A stretch of DNA of 63,990 nt, filler included, from a bacterium (lineage in GTDB: Bacteria; JALSQH01): NCBI GenBank assembly GCA_027004335.1. It is 9 parts of 9 records of this genome, joined end to end, with 100 filler letters (N's around TTAATTAATTAA, not from the genome) between each part and the next. Parts side by side here need not be neighbours in the genome. Positions count along the whole stretch, not along the records: positions 10,574 to 15,743 come from JALTID010000029.1; positions 15,844 to 30,586 come from JALTID010000030.1; 7 more parts are not named here. One strand, 5' to 3'. The position numbers were made by a program, and so were the translations under genes. Positions 10,576-20,505 of the stretch are shown here, in pieces (the stretch's first letter is position 1; every line of letters starts with the position of its first letter). Below the pieces are notes generated by a model, which was not told where the DNA came from, did not search any database, and saw only the letters and a list, made by a program, of their open reading frames with translations.

Positions 10576-11412
10576 CTTGGAACAATTTCATGCTTACTTT
10601 CAAAAAATGATGTGGCAATTTTAGATGAACTTGATCACGCGTCCATCATTGATGGGGTGAGGTTAAGCAGGGCCAGCAGAGTGGTGTTTGGACATAATGA
10701 TATGAGTGATCTGGAGAAAAAACTACAGGTGATCCCCCGGGATAATGGAAAGTTGATAATTGTTGATGGGCTCTTCAGTATGGAGGGGGATATTGCGGAT
10801 ATTCCGGGGATCGTGGAACTTGCCAGGAAATATAATGCAAGGGTGCTTGTTGATGAGGCTCATTCTATAGGAGTTTTTGGAGCGAATGGTGAAGGGGTTG
10901 TAGCAGAATTTGGTTTGACTGATGAGGTGGATCTGATCACAGGGACTTTCAGCAAATCTCTCTCATCCCAAGGTGGGTTCACGGCTTCTTCGAAAGATGT
11001 GATTGAATATGTAAAACATAATGGAAGAGCAATGATCTTTTCAGCTTCTCTTACTCCTGCCAATACTGCTGCTGCACTTGCCGCTCTCCGAATATTAAGA
11101 AAGGAAAAATGGAGGGTTAAAAAAGTTAGAGAAAACGGAGATTATGTAAGGGAAAAATTCAGAGAGATGGGGATAGATGTTGGTCTAAGCGTTTCTCCTG
11201 TTATTCCTATAATTATTGGGTCTCCAGAAAAAACCATTTTCTTCTGGCAGGAGCTTTTAAAGAGAAAAATTTATGTTAATCCTGTTTTTCCACCTGCTGT
11301 TCCTCCTGACAGGAGTATGCTCAGGGTTAGTGTGATGGCAACTCATACCAGGGATGATCTTGATTATTTAATTAACGCAGTTAGAGAAGTCAGAGGTATG
11401 ATTCTTGTTTGA
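10576..11412 (+). CDS. PLP-dependent alpha-oxoamine synthase, serine palmitoyltransferase-like (5'-truncated)
   Basis: DHASIIDG, FSMEGD, DEAHSIG, GTFSKSL (PLP lysine), PPAVP..LRVSVMATH; family is secure, substrate is inferred. Confidence 0.85.
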   Translation, partial: LGTISCLLSKNDVAILDELDHASIIDGVRLSRASRVVFGHNDMSDLEKKLQVIPRDNGKLIIVDGLFSMEGDIADIPGIVELARKYNARVLVDEAHSIGVFGANGEGVVAEFGLTDEVDLITGTFSKSLSSQGGFTASSKDVIEYVKHNGRAMIFSASLTPANTAAALAALRILRKEKWRVKKVRENGDYVREKFREMGIDVGLSVSPVIPIIIGSPEKTIFFWQELLKRKIYVNPVFPPAVPPDRSMLRVSVMATHTRDDLDYLINAVREVRGMILV

Positions 11413-11413
11413 G

Positions 11414-11442
11414 AAAAAGAGGGGAGTTCCCCCCTATTTTTT
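11414..11442. terminator. Probable bidirectional intrinsic terminator
   Basis: AAAAAG-AGGGG-AGTTC-CCCCT-ATTTTTT between convergent genes. Confidence 0.6.
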
Positions 11443-13030
11443 AGAAATCAGTTTCAGCCTGCAGGTATACCTGCTGCATATCTTTCATTTTGGCGAAGAA
11501 GGAGTTTCCACTTCCTCCCATAAAAATAGCTCCCAGAGCGATGTCTATACCGTCGTAGGGGAGGTACTCTAATTTTGGACCACCAAAGATTCCTGTGCTG
11601 ATGTCATCTTGCAATTTTCCATATTTGATTAAATGGATTAATGTTCCTCCCTCTACACTTCCTCCTCCAGCAAGGGAAAATTTAAATTTACCCTCCAGGA
11701 AACTTTTATCAAACTCAAGCATTAAGTAATCGTTAAGATTTGTTGCTCCCTGTTCAAAAAAGAAGCCCCTTGCAAATTGAGCTTCAAGATGATATCCGCC
11801 TTTGAAAATATACTCTGCGCCTAACGTGTATTTGAGGAAAGGTCTGTCAAGGAAAGGTAATTCACTGCTTTTGTATTTTATTGTGAATTGATGGTTATTA
11901 ACTAATTCTGTCATTCCATTTGTGAGCATCCAATTGGAATCAGGGTAGATGTAGGTAATATCGAATTTGTAGGGAATAAAATAACCAGCCTCTCCCCAAA
12001 CTCCTATCCCACTAATATCCGCTTTAAAATCTGCACCAATTACGTGGTAATGAGGATATGCAAGGGTTACATCAGTTCTAATATCCACAGGAAGTTGATC
12101 TCCTGCAAGAATTGCAGCACCTACTCCTATTTTATTTCCAGGAGCAACTCCTTCTAACTCCTTCTCAATGGTCTTATTCAACTCATCATGGTTAGCTATT
12201 GTTATTTTCACTCTTCTGGGCAGTGGGAATTCGCTGTAGCCGTTGAAATAACTGAGGTGAAAGTCTGTTTCAAAAAAATTAAATGATAATCTAATTCCGC
12301 TTTCTGAATACTTTGGATAAAATGGATTGTGATGGACATATTCATTTGTTTCCCGTGTTATGGAGAACTTATTGGCGAAAATTTGTAAGAAAGGATTGTC
12401 TTGAGGGAAGAGACCATTTTCCTCTATCTGCTTTATTTCTCCAGGCTCAGGAACCTTCATTTTCATCGGCATTTCCATATTGGGAAATAAGGCAGGTTTA
12501 TGTGCAGGAATCCAGACTGCCTGGATCTTGTTAAAATAATCATTGTCAGGATAGTAGTTAAAATTGAACATCGTAATAGGGATCCTTTTACTGAAATCAA
12601 GAGGGTCTGATAGATCATGTGGATTCAGAGTACTTGTTGGATTCAGCATATCAGCAGTTCCCCATTCCACGACCTGTTTCCCCAATGTTGCATCCATATT
12701 TTCAAAGATGATTGAATTAACTGTTATATAACTTTCCCAAATATCAAATTCAACTGGATCAACTTTTTCTCTAACCTGAGTATCTTCAAATGAAGCCACC
12801 TTCGTTGCATCAAAGTATCTTCCCTCCACACTTGTGTAGAATGAAACATTGTCACTTATATCAGATGAAAGTTTCAGTGTGAGGATATCTTCTCTGTTGT
12901 AGAAATTGCAGTACGGTTTTTTGAACATGGACCTCAGGTCAATTTTAAGGCTTCCATTTATGGAAGTATCAGCGTTAAGAGATGTAAAAAATAGCAGGAG
13001 AGTTAGCAGCAGGAAGAGATGTTTTTTCAT
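11441..13030 (-). CDS. Predicted outer-membrane beta-barrel protein (DUF1302-like)
   Basis: Signal peptide; LGKQVVEWG..LNP..D motif; aromatic amphipathic strands; terminal Phe; follows a LolA-like gene; start placed at MKKHLF after GGAGGA. Confidence 0.65.
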   Translation of the reverse strand: MKKHLFLLLTLLLFFTSLNADTSINGSLKIDLRSMFKKPYCNFYNREDILTLKLSSDISDNVSFYTSVEGRYFDATKVASFEDTQVREKVDPVEFDIWESYITVNSIIFENMDATLGKQVVEWGTADMLNPTSTLNPHDLSDPLDFSKRIPITMFNFNYYPDNDYFNKIQAVWIPAHKPALFPNMEMPMKMKVPEPGEIKQIEENGLFPQDNPFLQIFANKFSITRETNEYVHHNPFYPKYSESGIRLSFNFFETDFHLSYFNGYSEFPLPRRVKITIANHDELNKTIEKELEGVAPGNKIGVGAAILAGDQLPVDIRTDVTLAYPHYHVIGADFKADISGIGVWGEAGYFIPYKFDITYIYPDSNWMLTNGMTELVNNHQFTIKYKSSELPFLDRPFLKYTLGAEYIFKGGYHLEAQFARGFFFEQGATNLNDYLMLEFDKSFLEGKFKFSLAGGGSVEGGTLIHLIKYGKLQDDISTGIFGGPKLEYLPYDGIDIALGAIFMGGSGNSFFAKMKDMQQVYLQAETDF

Positions 13031-13041
13031 TTTTTCCTCCA

Positions 13042-13797
13042 TCAGTAACGGATATGACTTCTCCTGAGCATTCTTTTAGTGAAGAGCCTCTGAGGAAGCC
13101 CGACATCGAATTTTACATTTTCTGTGACCACCTCAGTTTTGTGACCTGTTAGGTGATTTTCCATTACCATGTGCATAATTGTCCAGTATTTTCCAACCCT
13201 TTTACTTTCAAGATTTGCAAGGGTCTTTTCTAATTCCCCTGCTTTGTTGTAAAAATCTATTTTCCTTGGAAGGGATGTCTTTTTATCAACCACCATTATC
13301 TCTTTGCTGTAGCTAACATCTGCGTCTGGTTTTGGAGTTAAGAGAAGAGTAACTGTATCATTATCTTCCTTTAAAATTTTTGCATTGAATTTTTCTGTAA
13401 GCTTATTCATTGTCATATCTTCATAGGTGAAATCTGTTCCCATAAAATTCTCATTTTTGGCAGATGATGCTATCCTTCTTATTTTGTGAAAAGCTGGCAT
13501 GTAAAGATACATTTCGGTGTCTGATAAACTTAGAAATGTTACATTCTTAACATCAGCGGGAGAGAGAAACCTCGTCAGTTTTAAATCTTCTCCTTTCTGC
13601 CACATTTTGGTCTTTCTAATTTTTTTTACTCCACTTTTGTCAATCAGGATCATGGTACCTGTGCTTACTCTGTCTTTGGGAGCGTTCACTGCCTGCTCCA
13701 CTTTTTTTTGCCACTCTTTGGCAGTTTCCGCAAATACATACGATGCAAGGAATAATCCAAAGATAAGCGTAAGTAACACTGCTACAAATCTTTTCAT
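13042..13797 (-). CDS. Outer-membrane lipoprotein-sorting (LolA-like) periplasmic protein
   Basis: Signal peptide; FLSPADVK..FL, YLYMPA..IRRIA, FMGTDFTYED motifs. Confidence 0.85.
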   Translation of the reverse strand: MKRFVAVLLTLIFGLFLASYVFAETAKEWQKKVEQAVNAPKDRVSTGTMILIDKSGVKKIRKTKMWQKGEDLKLTRFLSPADVKNVTFLSLSDTEMYLYMPAFHKIRRIASSAKNENFMGTDFTYEDMTMNKLTEKFNAKILKEDNDTVTLLLTPKPDADVSYSKEIMVVDKKTSLPRKIDFYNKAGELEKTLANLESKRVGKYWTIMHMVMENHLTGHKTEVVTENVKFDVGLPQRLFTKRMLRRSHIRY

Positions 13798-13810
13798 TTT
13801 CTACCTCCTG

Positions 13811-15743
13811 TTATTTTCTAAGAAATTTAAGTTTAAAGCCAAGAACCACAGCGGGATAGATTGTGATTGCACCGAGGGCGCTCCACAGCATTGTAAGGGC
13901 GACCAGAATCCCCAGCATTTTTAGAGGTCCCATAGATGAGAAAATCAAAACCAGAAAACCTAAAGCCACTGTCAAAGAGTTGACAAAAATACCCACACCT
14001 GTTGTTGACATGGTGTTGCGAATAGCATCTTCTTCTGAAAGGCCGCTTGTAACCTCCTCCTTGAGTCTTGTTATAAAGTGAATGGTGTAGTCAATTCCTA
14101 TACCAACTGCTATACTTCCAAAGAGAATTGTACCTGTATCAAGTGGCATGTGAAAGATAGCCATGATGAGAAAATTTACCATTATTGTGAAAACAATAGC
14201 AGAGAGTGAAAAAATACCTCCCACCAGAGACTTAAGCTGAATACTTAGCATGATAAATACAAGAAGTATGGCTATGCCAACGCTGCTTGCCATGTTGATC
14301 TTCAAGTCTCTCCTCATCTTTTCCATGATCTTTGAAGTTCCTGCCTGTGCTGCGAAGAGGTGAACATCGGGTTGAGGTTTTTTAATCCCTGCTGAGACTG
14401 CGATCTTCTTAGGTATAAACCATACTGAATCATTTATCATGGAGATATCACCTTTTATAACTCCTTGATCTTCCTCATTAAGTTTGCTGAACCATGGCAA
14501 AAGCACCGTGAAATGTGCCACTCTGTATGTGTTAAGGTTGTTCTGGAATACTCCTATTAGAGAATCTGCAAGGTCACTCAGATCGTCTTTATTTTTAGCG
14601 GGGAAGAGTTTTGTCAGTTTTTCAGCAAGAGTATCTTCTTCTCCTGAAATTATTAGAGGAAGAAGATTAAGCACTTTTTTCTGGTCTTCAGGTTTTAATG
14701 TCACCTCCGCTTCATCGCTGTTAAGATAGGCTAAAATATCTTTTTTGATTTCTCCTGTAGCTTCGGGGGGATATAGCTGAGGCTGTGATAAATATTTTTT
14801 AAGCTCCACGAAGAAATTATTCCTAGGGTAGGTAAGCTTTAAATTTTTATAGCTTTTCTGAAAATAGGAAATGTCCCATTTGAGGGTATTACTTATTTTT
14901 TTAAGCTTCCAGTCTGTCAGGGTTTTTCTCTTTTTTCCTGGAAGTTTTTTTATCTGATCAGGAGAAATTTCATAAAAGTCTTTTGGTGCCTTACCGAGAT
15001 AATTATCAATGGCATTAACAACGCTAGCTATATATTTTGTATCCAGTTTATCAATGAATCCCTGGAGAAATGCATCCTTATTATCAGAGGTTACCATCTG
15101 GTTTACTTCGCTTTTACCTTCTATGAAGAACCACAACTGTGCAACTTTTTCTTCTGTATCGGGGATTCCTTTGGTCCCATTCATATTGTAGTTTAGTTCT
15201 GCTATCAGATCCGCGATTGACTGAGGGTTTTTAGAATGTGGAGTAACTTTTAATTCTTTTGCAAGGTCATACATTTCTCTAAGAATCGCTGGATTTTTAA
15301 TCCCATTTTTGCTTTTGAATAAAATACCATATGGTATTGAGCCCCCAAATTTTTTCTCCATAAAAGCTTCTGCCTGTCTTGGTGGGCTTTTTTCTGGATA
15401 ATAGTTCATTATATTTACTTCTGTTGTTAGTTTTGTCATAAATCCAGCTGCCACTAGTACTATTATTCCGCCTGTTACTACAATGAAAATTTCGTGATGC
15501 ACCACATAATGACCGATGGCATCCAGGATTTTTTCCAGCCATAGAGGAGCATGACCACCACTTCTTCTTTTTTTCGGAACGGGAAGCAATTCCAGGAGAG
15601 GTGGAACTAACAACATTGTCAAAATTAAGGAAAAAATTATCCCTATGGAAGCAAATAAGCCAAAGTCTTTTACTGATATTAGAGAGGCGGAGAGCATTGA
15701 GATAAATCCAACAAAAGTAGTCAGAGCAGCCATGATAATAGGG
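13811..15743 (-). CDS. MMPL/RND-family transporter (5'-truncated) with a large periplasmic insertion
   Basis: ALTTFVGF; GIGIDYTIH; C-terminal TM block. Confidence 0.9.
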
Positions 15744-15843
15744 NNNNNNNNNNNNNNNNNNNNNNNNNNNNNNNNNNNNNNNNNNNNTTAATTAATTAAN
15801 NNNNNNNNNNNNNNNNNNNNNNNNNNNNNNNNNNNNNNNNNNN
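15744..15843. other. Synthetic contig linker
   Basis: N44-TTAATTAATTAA-N44. Confidence 0.97.
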
Positions 15844-16727
15844 CCCATTTTATCAAAGATCCCTGAAACGAAAGCGGAGATAAAAGAATTTGAGAAAAAA
15901 TTTTAGACTGCGATGAAAATGGAAAACCTGTCACTGTGGAGGTAAATGGAAAAGATCTGATAGCGCAGTCCCTGACATTATATGAAATGAGCACAAGACC
16001 AGATGATTTTGCACATTTAGTTGATCTAAATTACCAGAATGCGAGATTGATCCTTTTCATAAGCTCTGACAAAAACACTGTTCTTAAGCCTATTGACAGG
16101 GAGTTCACCAAAAAAGTAAAAAAAGAGATAAAGGGATTACCGGTAAATGCTGAAATTACTGGTATAGCAAAGCTTATGATGGTGGTCAATGATTTAGTGG
16201 TAAGGGAGCAGGCATTGAGTCTTCTGGTATCATTGCTCCTTATCTGGATATTAACAACCCTGATGTTCCGGTCAGGAATGGTAGGATTTTTTAACACGAT
16301 ACCACTACTTGTTTCTCAGCTGATAAATTTTGGAATAATGGGATTTCTTGGGATCCATGTTGAGATAGTAACCATGGTAACTACCAGTGTGGCTATCGGA
16401 GTTGGAGTGGATTACGCTATCCATTATATACACAATTTCAGATGGCAGCTGGCAAAAGGATTCAACTATGATGAAGCTATGAGAGAAAGTATAAGAGAAG
16501 CTGGAAGCCCTATTATTTTAAATGCGTTAACAGTGGGGCTGGGATTTCTCGTTCTTGTATTTTCATCCTTTAGAGGGGTATCAAATATGGGCTTTCTCAT
16601 CGGCTTAACAATGTTTACCACATCAATCGGTGCTCTCACAATCCTGCCGGTAATCTTTATCACTGCTAAACCAAAAAGCCTTAAAAAGTCAGCGGAGGTT
16701 ATAAAAAATGAAGTGGGAAAAATTTAG
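15844..16727 (+). CDS. MMPL/RND-family transporter, C-terminal part (5'-truncated; apparent indels near the contig edge)
   Basis: LYEMS, GVGVDYAIH, NALTVGLGF; six C-terminal hydrophobic segments. Confidence 0.88.
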
Positions 16728-17487
16728 CATCGTTGTAAGTGCTGTTCTCTTCCTTACGGGTTTTACCAGAGGTCAGGATATGCGTGATTTCATGGCAAAG
16801 GTGTTCAGACAGAGCACATGGAACTCCATGTCAGCAGATATGACCCTTACAATTATTGATTCCAGAGAGGAAAAGAGAATAAGAGAAGTAAAATTCTTCT
16901 CCAAAAAGGACAAAAACGGAAACAACAGAATGCTCATGAAATTCATCAGACCCAGAGAGGTAATGGGAACATCATTCCTGCTTCTTGAACATAAAAACAG
17001 AGAGGATGACCGATACTTGTATTTACCTGCTCTGAGAAGAGTTAAGAGGATCGTGGCATCAGGCAAAAAGGGAAACTTCATGTCATCTGACTTCACATAC
17101 TACGATATAGGTGAACCAAAACCAGACGATTTTAAGTACAAATACCTTGACGAAGAGGAATTTAAGGGGGTAAAATGCATTAAAGTAGAGGCCACCCCTG
17201 CCTCGGAAAGGGTATTAAATGACACAGGATATTCAAAAATTATCTACTGGGTGGATCCCGAAAAGAAAATTATCCTTAAAGCAGAATACTACGATGACAG
17301 AGGAAAATTGCAAAAAATTTTAAACATAAATGAACACAAATTGATAAACGGTGTGTATTTTGCCACTGATATAGTAATGAAAGATGTTCAGATCAATCAT
17401 ATAAGCAGAATCAAATTTACAAATATAAAAATCAATGAAAAAATGCCTGAAAGATACTTCTCCGTGAAACATCTCAGGAGGAGGTAG
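16708..17487 (+). CDS. Outer-membrane lipoprotein-sorting (LolA-like) protein
   Basis: Signal peptide; GTSFL, DDRYLYLPALRRVKRI, FMSSDFTYYD, YSKIIYWVD. Confidence 0.88.
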   Translation: MKWEKFSIVVSAVLFLTGFTRGQDMRDFMAKVFRQSTWNSMSADMTLTIIDSREEKRIREVKFFSKKDKNGNNRMLMKFIRPREVMGTSFLLLEHKNREDDRYLYLPALRRVKRIVASGKKGNFMSSDFTYYDIGEPKPDDFKYKYLDEEEFKGVKCIKVEATPASERVLNDTGYSKIIYWVDPEKKIILKAEYYDDRGKLQKILNINEHKLINGVYFATDIVMKDVQINHISRIKFTNIKINEKMPERYFSVKHLRRR

Positions 17488-17488
17488 A

Positions 17489-18691
17489 ATGAAAAAAATT
17501 GTTTTACTTCTCATATTCTTCTCCTCTACGCTGCTGGCAACTGAACCCCATGGATTTGTTAAAACTTCAATAAATCTGGGAGTAAGGGGAGATAACAAAT
17601 TAAAATTCATAAACACCAATGTAAGAACTCAGATTAACTTATATCAGGACCTTGGAGAAAATGGTTCTGTCACTGCAAGTTTTGATCTGCTCTACGAAAA
17701 ATATATGAATTCAACACCGGAGCTAAAAATTATCCCAGTAGAAACTTACGCCCAATATTCGGGAAAAAATTTTGGTATCAAAGCGGGAAAATACTATGAT
17801 TTCTGGGGGCTATTTGACTGGATCAGTCCTACAGATATTCTTGATCCCTGGGATATGACACATATTTCATCAGACATAGAGGATTACAGGATCTCAATCT
17901 ACGGGATAAATCTCTCCTATGGTTCAGACATACTCAATGCAGAAATCAATTTGCTGCCATTCTTCCAGCATTCTATTTTTCCCATGGATATATCCACTGA
18001 AGAAGTGCCATCAAACCAGTTAAAAGAAATTGAAATAGGTGCAAAACTCTCAGGAATTGCGGAAAAAATCGGGCTGGACTGGGATCTTTACTACTTCAGG
18101 GGAAGAGATAGAAATCCATCCCGTATATATCCAAACCCCCCTGCAGGAAACCTGGCACCAGTCACTGGAACTCCCTCTACACCTCCACTTATTAAAGAAT
18201 ACTACCAGAAGCTCACAATGTACGGGATTGATTTCTCCATACCTGTATCATCACTGCTATTCAAACTGGAGGGGGCCTATTTCCTTACTGAAGACAGAAA
18301 GGGCAACAATCCACTCATAGAAAATCCATATTTTTCAACTGTGGGAGGCTTTGACTGGTCGGTAATACCAACCCTTACCCTTTCATTATCTTACAAATTA
18401 AAATCATACACAAAATTTAATAAAAAGATTGATACCAGAGGAAGAAAAAATAATAACTTCTTCACTTTCTCATTAAAATATCAACCAAAAGACTATCTCA
18501 ACTTCCAGTGGATCTCAATATATCAGATTGACGACAAATCCACAATGTCTCTATCATTTATTTCATACAGCATTATAGATGATTATACCCTCACACTGGG
18601 GGAAATACTTTTCTATGGAAAAAATCAGACCACCTATGGTAAATTCACAGATTACAGTGAAGTATTCGTAGAATTAAAGGGAAGTTTTTAA
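17489..18691 (+). CDS. Predicted outer-membrane beta-barrel protein (DUF1302-like)
   Basis: Signal peptide; AGKYYDFWG..SPTDILDP..D; terminal ELKGSF; same cassette position as 11441-13030. Confidence 0.65.
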   Translation: MKKIVLLLIFFSSTLLATEPHGFVKTSINLGVRGDNKLKFINTNVRTQINLYQDLGENGSVTASFDLLYEKYMNSTPELKIIPVETYAQYSGKNFGIKAGKYYDFWGLFDWISPTDILDPWDMTHISSDIEDYRISIYGINLSYGSDILNAEINLLPFFQHSIFPMDISTEEVPSNQLKEIEIGAKLSGIAEKIGLDWDLYYFRGRDRNPSRIYPNPPAGNLAPVTGTPSTPPLIKEYYQKLTMYGIDFSIPVSSLLFKLEGAYFLTEDRKGNNPLIENPYFSTVGGFDWSVIPTLTLSLSYKLKSYTKFNKKIDTRGRKNNNFFTFSLKYQPKDYLNFQWISIYQIDDKSTMSLSFISYSIIDDYTLTLGEILFYGKNQTTYGKFTDYSEVFVELKGSF

Positions 18692-18719
18692 AAAGTCAAT
18701 AAACCCACAGTTTTTTCCA

Positions 18720-18750
18720 TGTCATGGCGAGCTATAAGCTCACCATGACA
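18720..18750. repeat. Short palindromic hairpin
   Basis: TGTCATGG-C-GAGCT-ATA-AGCTC-A-CCATGACA (13 bp paired). Confidence 0.7.
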
Positions 18751-18759
18751 ATACAAATA

Positions 18760-18788
18760 TTGCACGTGAGGGAATTCTGTGCTAAAAT
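18760..18788 (+). promoter_or_regulatory. Putative sigma70 promoter of the IclR-family gene
   Basis: TTGCAC-17 bp-TAAAAT with an extended -10 TG. Confidence 0.6.
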
Positions 18789-18817
18789 TGTTTTAATTGG
18801 TAAAATGAGTTTTAAAA

Positions 18818-19603
18818 ATGGTCAGATATAAGGATAGAAGTGACTATCTAATTGGAGTTCTTGTTGATTCACTGAAAATACTTGAGCAATTCCTCTACGA
18901 CAATCCTGAATTAGGAATAAGTGAATTAAGTGAAAAAACAGGTTTGCATAAAAATAAAGTATTCAGAGTACTTTCCACCTTTGAATACCTCGGTTACATT
19001 GAACAGAATCCTGAAACTCAGCAGTATCATCTGGGAATTAAGATACTTCAATTAGGGCAGAGGTACCTACAGCAATCTGGACTTGCAATACTTTCTGACC
19101 GACTTCTATCAGAACTACATCGTGAAACTGAAGAAACGGTGGTTTTAGCCACCTTCACAGATAATGTACCTGTGTTAATTTCAGTTAAAAACTCTCCTCA
19201 TAAACTCAGGGTAACTGTATCAGAAGGAGAGCATCATCCCTTACATGCTTCTGCAACGGGAAAGATTTTACTCTATGGAACCTACGAAAAGAAAGGTGGG
19301 ATCCCACCCCTTCATGAGCTCACAAAATATACTGATAATACAATAATATCCAAGGAAGATCTTCTAAAAAATATAAAAGAAATAAGCAAAAAAAATTACG
19401 CCGTGGATAGAGAAGAATGGCAGGAGGGGATAATCGCCATTGCTGCACCGGTGAGGGATTACACAACTCATATAGTAGCTTCTGTGGGAGTTATGATACC
19501 TTCAATAAGATTTTCAGGAGAAGAAGAAATTGCCCAGAAGGTGATCACAGTTGCCAACGAACTGTCATTTAAATTAGGATTTACCTATTTACCTCCCGTA
19601 TAA
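18818..19603 (+). CDS. IclR-family transcriptional regulator
   Basis: HTH GISELSEKTGLHKNKVFRVL; HASATGK; GIIAIAAPV. Confidence 0.93.
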   Translation: MVRYKDRSDYLIGVLVDSLKILEQFLYDNPELGISELSEKTGLHKNKVFRVLSTFEYLGYIEQNPETQQYHLGIKILQLGQRYLQQSGLAILSDRLLSELHRETEETVVLATFTDNVPVLISVKNSPHKLRVTVSEGEHHPLHASATGKILLYGTYEKKGGIPPLHELTKYTDNTIISKEDLLKNIKEISKKNYAVDREEWQEGIIAIAAPVRDYTTHIVASVGVMIPSIRFSGEEEIAQKVITVANELSFKLGFTYLPPV

Positions 19604-19783
19604 CTTTTCTGCCTCTTTCTTAACATACTCTGAAGGAATCTCCCCACCACATGCCCAGCAGTGGATCGGATGCAAATCTATAAGTTCTAATCTCATGGGA
19701 TGGACAAAATTTTGCGCACCACAGTAGGGACATGGAAAAAATATGGGGGATTTATTATCCCTATACTTTTTTTCTCTATCCAT
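19589..19783 (-). CDS. Small zinc-ribbon protein
   Basis: 64 aa; CPYC-x20-CWAC; same strand as, and overlapping the 3' end of, batE. Confidence 0.55.
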   Translation of the reverse strand: MDREKKYRDNKSPIFFPCPYCGAQNFVHPMRLELIDLHPIHCWACGGEIPSEYVKKEAEKLYGR

Positions 19784-20505
19784 CCTGTAATTCCATTGGA
19801 TAATTTTATCAAAAACCAGTCAGGAGTCACTTTCATAACCTGAAATTTGACTCCTCCAGGAAGCTCCACGGTGATTTTACTGGTGTTACCAGGGGCTGAA
19901 TGCATCTCAATCTTATTCAAAACAACACCCATAGGGGTTGTGTCATACTTTATTTTTTCCCATGTTATCAAGAGCAAAACAAACCAGATAATAAAAACAA
20001 TCACGGTCAGAAGAGCCCATCGCCACTCCGGATTAAAAACGGCAACGATCATCACCAGCAGAAGTAAAATAAAAGCAAAGGTTAAAACCCAAATAGCCAA
20101 TGAAATTGGGAAATTACCTAACCATTCTATCCATCCTTTGACACCTGTATTCACCTTTAATTCTAAGGGGAAATTCTTCACAAGAATTGAATTGACCTGC
20201 TTGAGATTAAAGTTGTTATCTCTGTAAAAAGGGGAAAGAAACCTTGCCTTTTCAAAATATAGCAAGGATTCAGGATAATTCTTTAATTCATAATAAGCTA
20301 TCCCCATATCATAAAATAACTGTGGAGAAAGGGTATTATCACTTTCCAATTCCTTAAAATAGCCAAGAGCATTTTTAAAATCCCCCTTTACAAGTGAGCT
20401 GTAACCTCGTTCAAACAGAATATGTCCACCCTCCTGAGAGAGTAAAGGGGAAAATACCAGCAAAAGTGTTGAAAAAACTAAAACCTTAGCTATTCTCCTT
20501 CCCAT
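19693..20505 (-). CDS. batE: BatE-like TPR + SH3b protein
   Basis: Signal peptide, TPRs, two TMs, C-terminal SH3 (W.LIKLSNGITGWI); last bat gene. Confidence 0.8.
   Translation of the reverse strand: MGRRIAKVLVFSTLLLVFSPLLSQEGGHILFERGYSSLVKGDFKNALGYFKELESDNTLSPQLFYDMGIAYYELKNYPESLLYFEKARFLSPFYRDNNFNLKQVNSILVKNFPLELKVNTGVKGWIEWLGNFPISLAIWVLTFAFILLLLVMIVAVFNPEWRWALLTVIVFIIWFVLLLITWEKIKYDTTPMGVVLNKIEMHSAPGNTSKITVELPGGVKFQVMKVTPDWFLIKLSNGITGWIEKKSIGIINPPYFFHVPTVVRKILSIP

Noticed and set aside
15844-15910. Possible programmed -1 frameshift in the second MMPL gene (GAG AAA AAA TTT TAG versus GAA AAA ATT TTA GAC)
   Set aside because: It lies within 60 bp of a contig end, in a homopolymer run, with a second apparent missing A nearby. 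A sequencing or assembly indel is more likely; read mapping would settle it.
13811-16727. The two MMPL fragments flanking a linker as halves of one gene
   Set aside because: They are on opposite strands and both contain the C-terminal TM block with its own stop, so they are separate paralogs.
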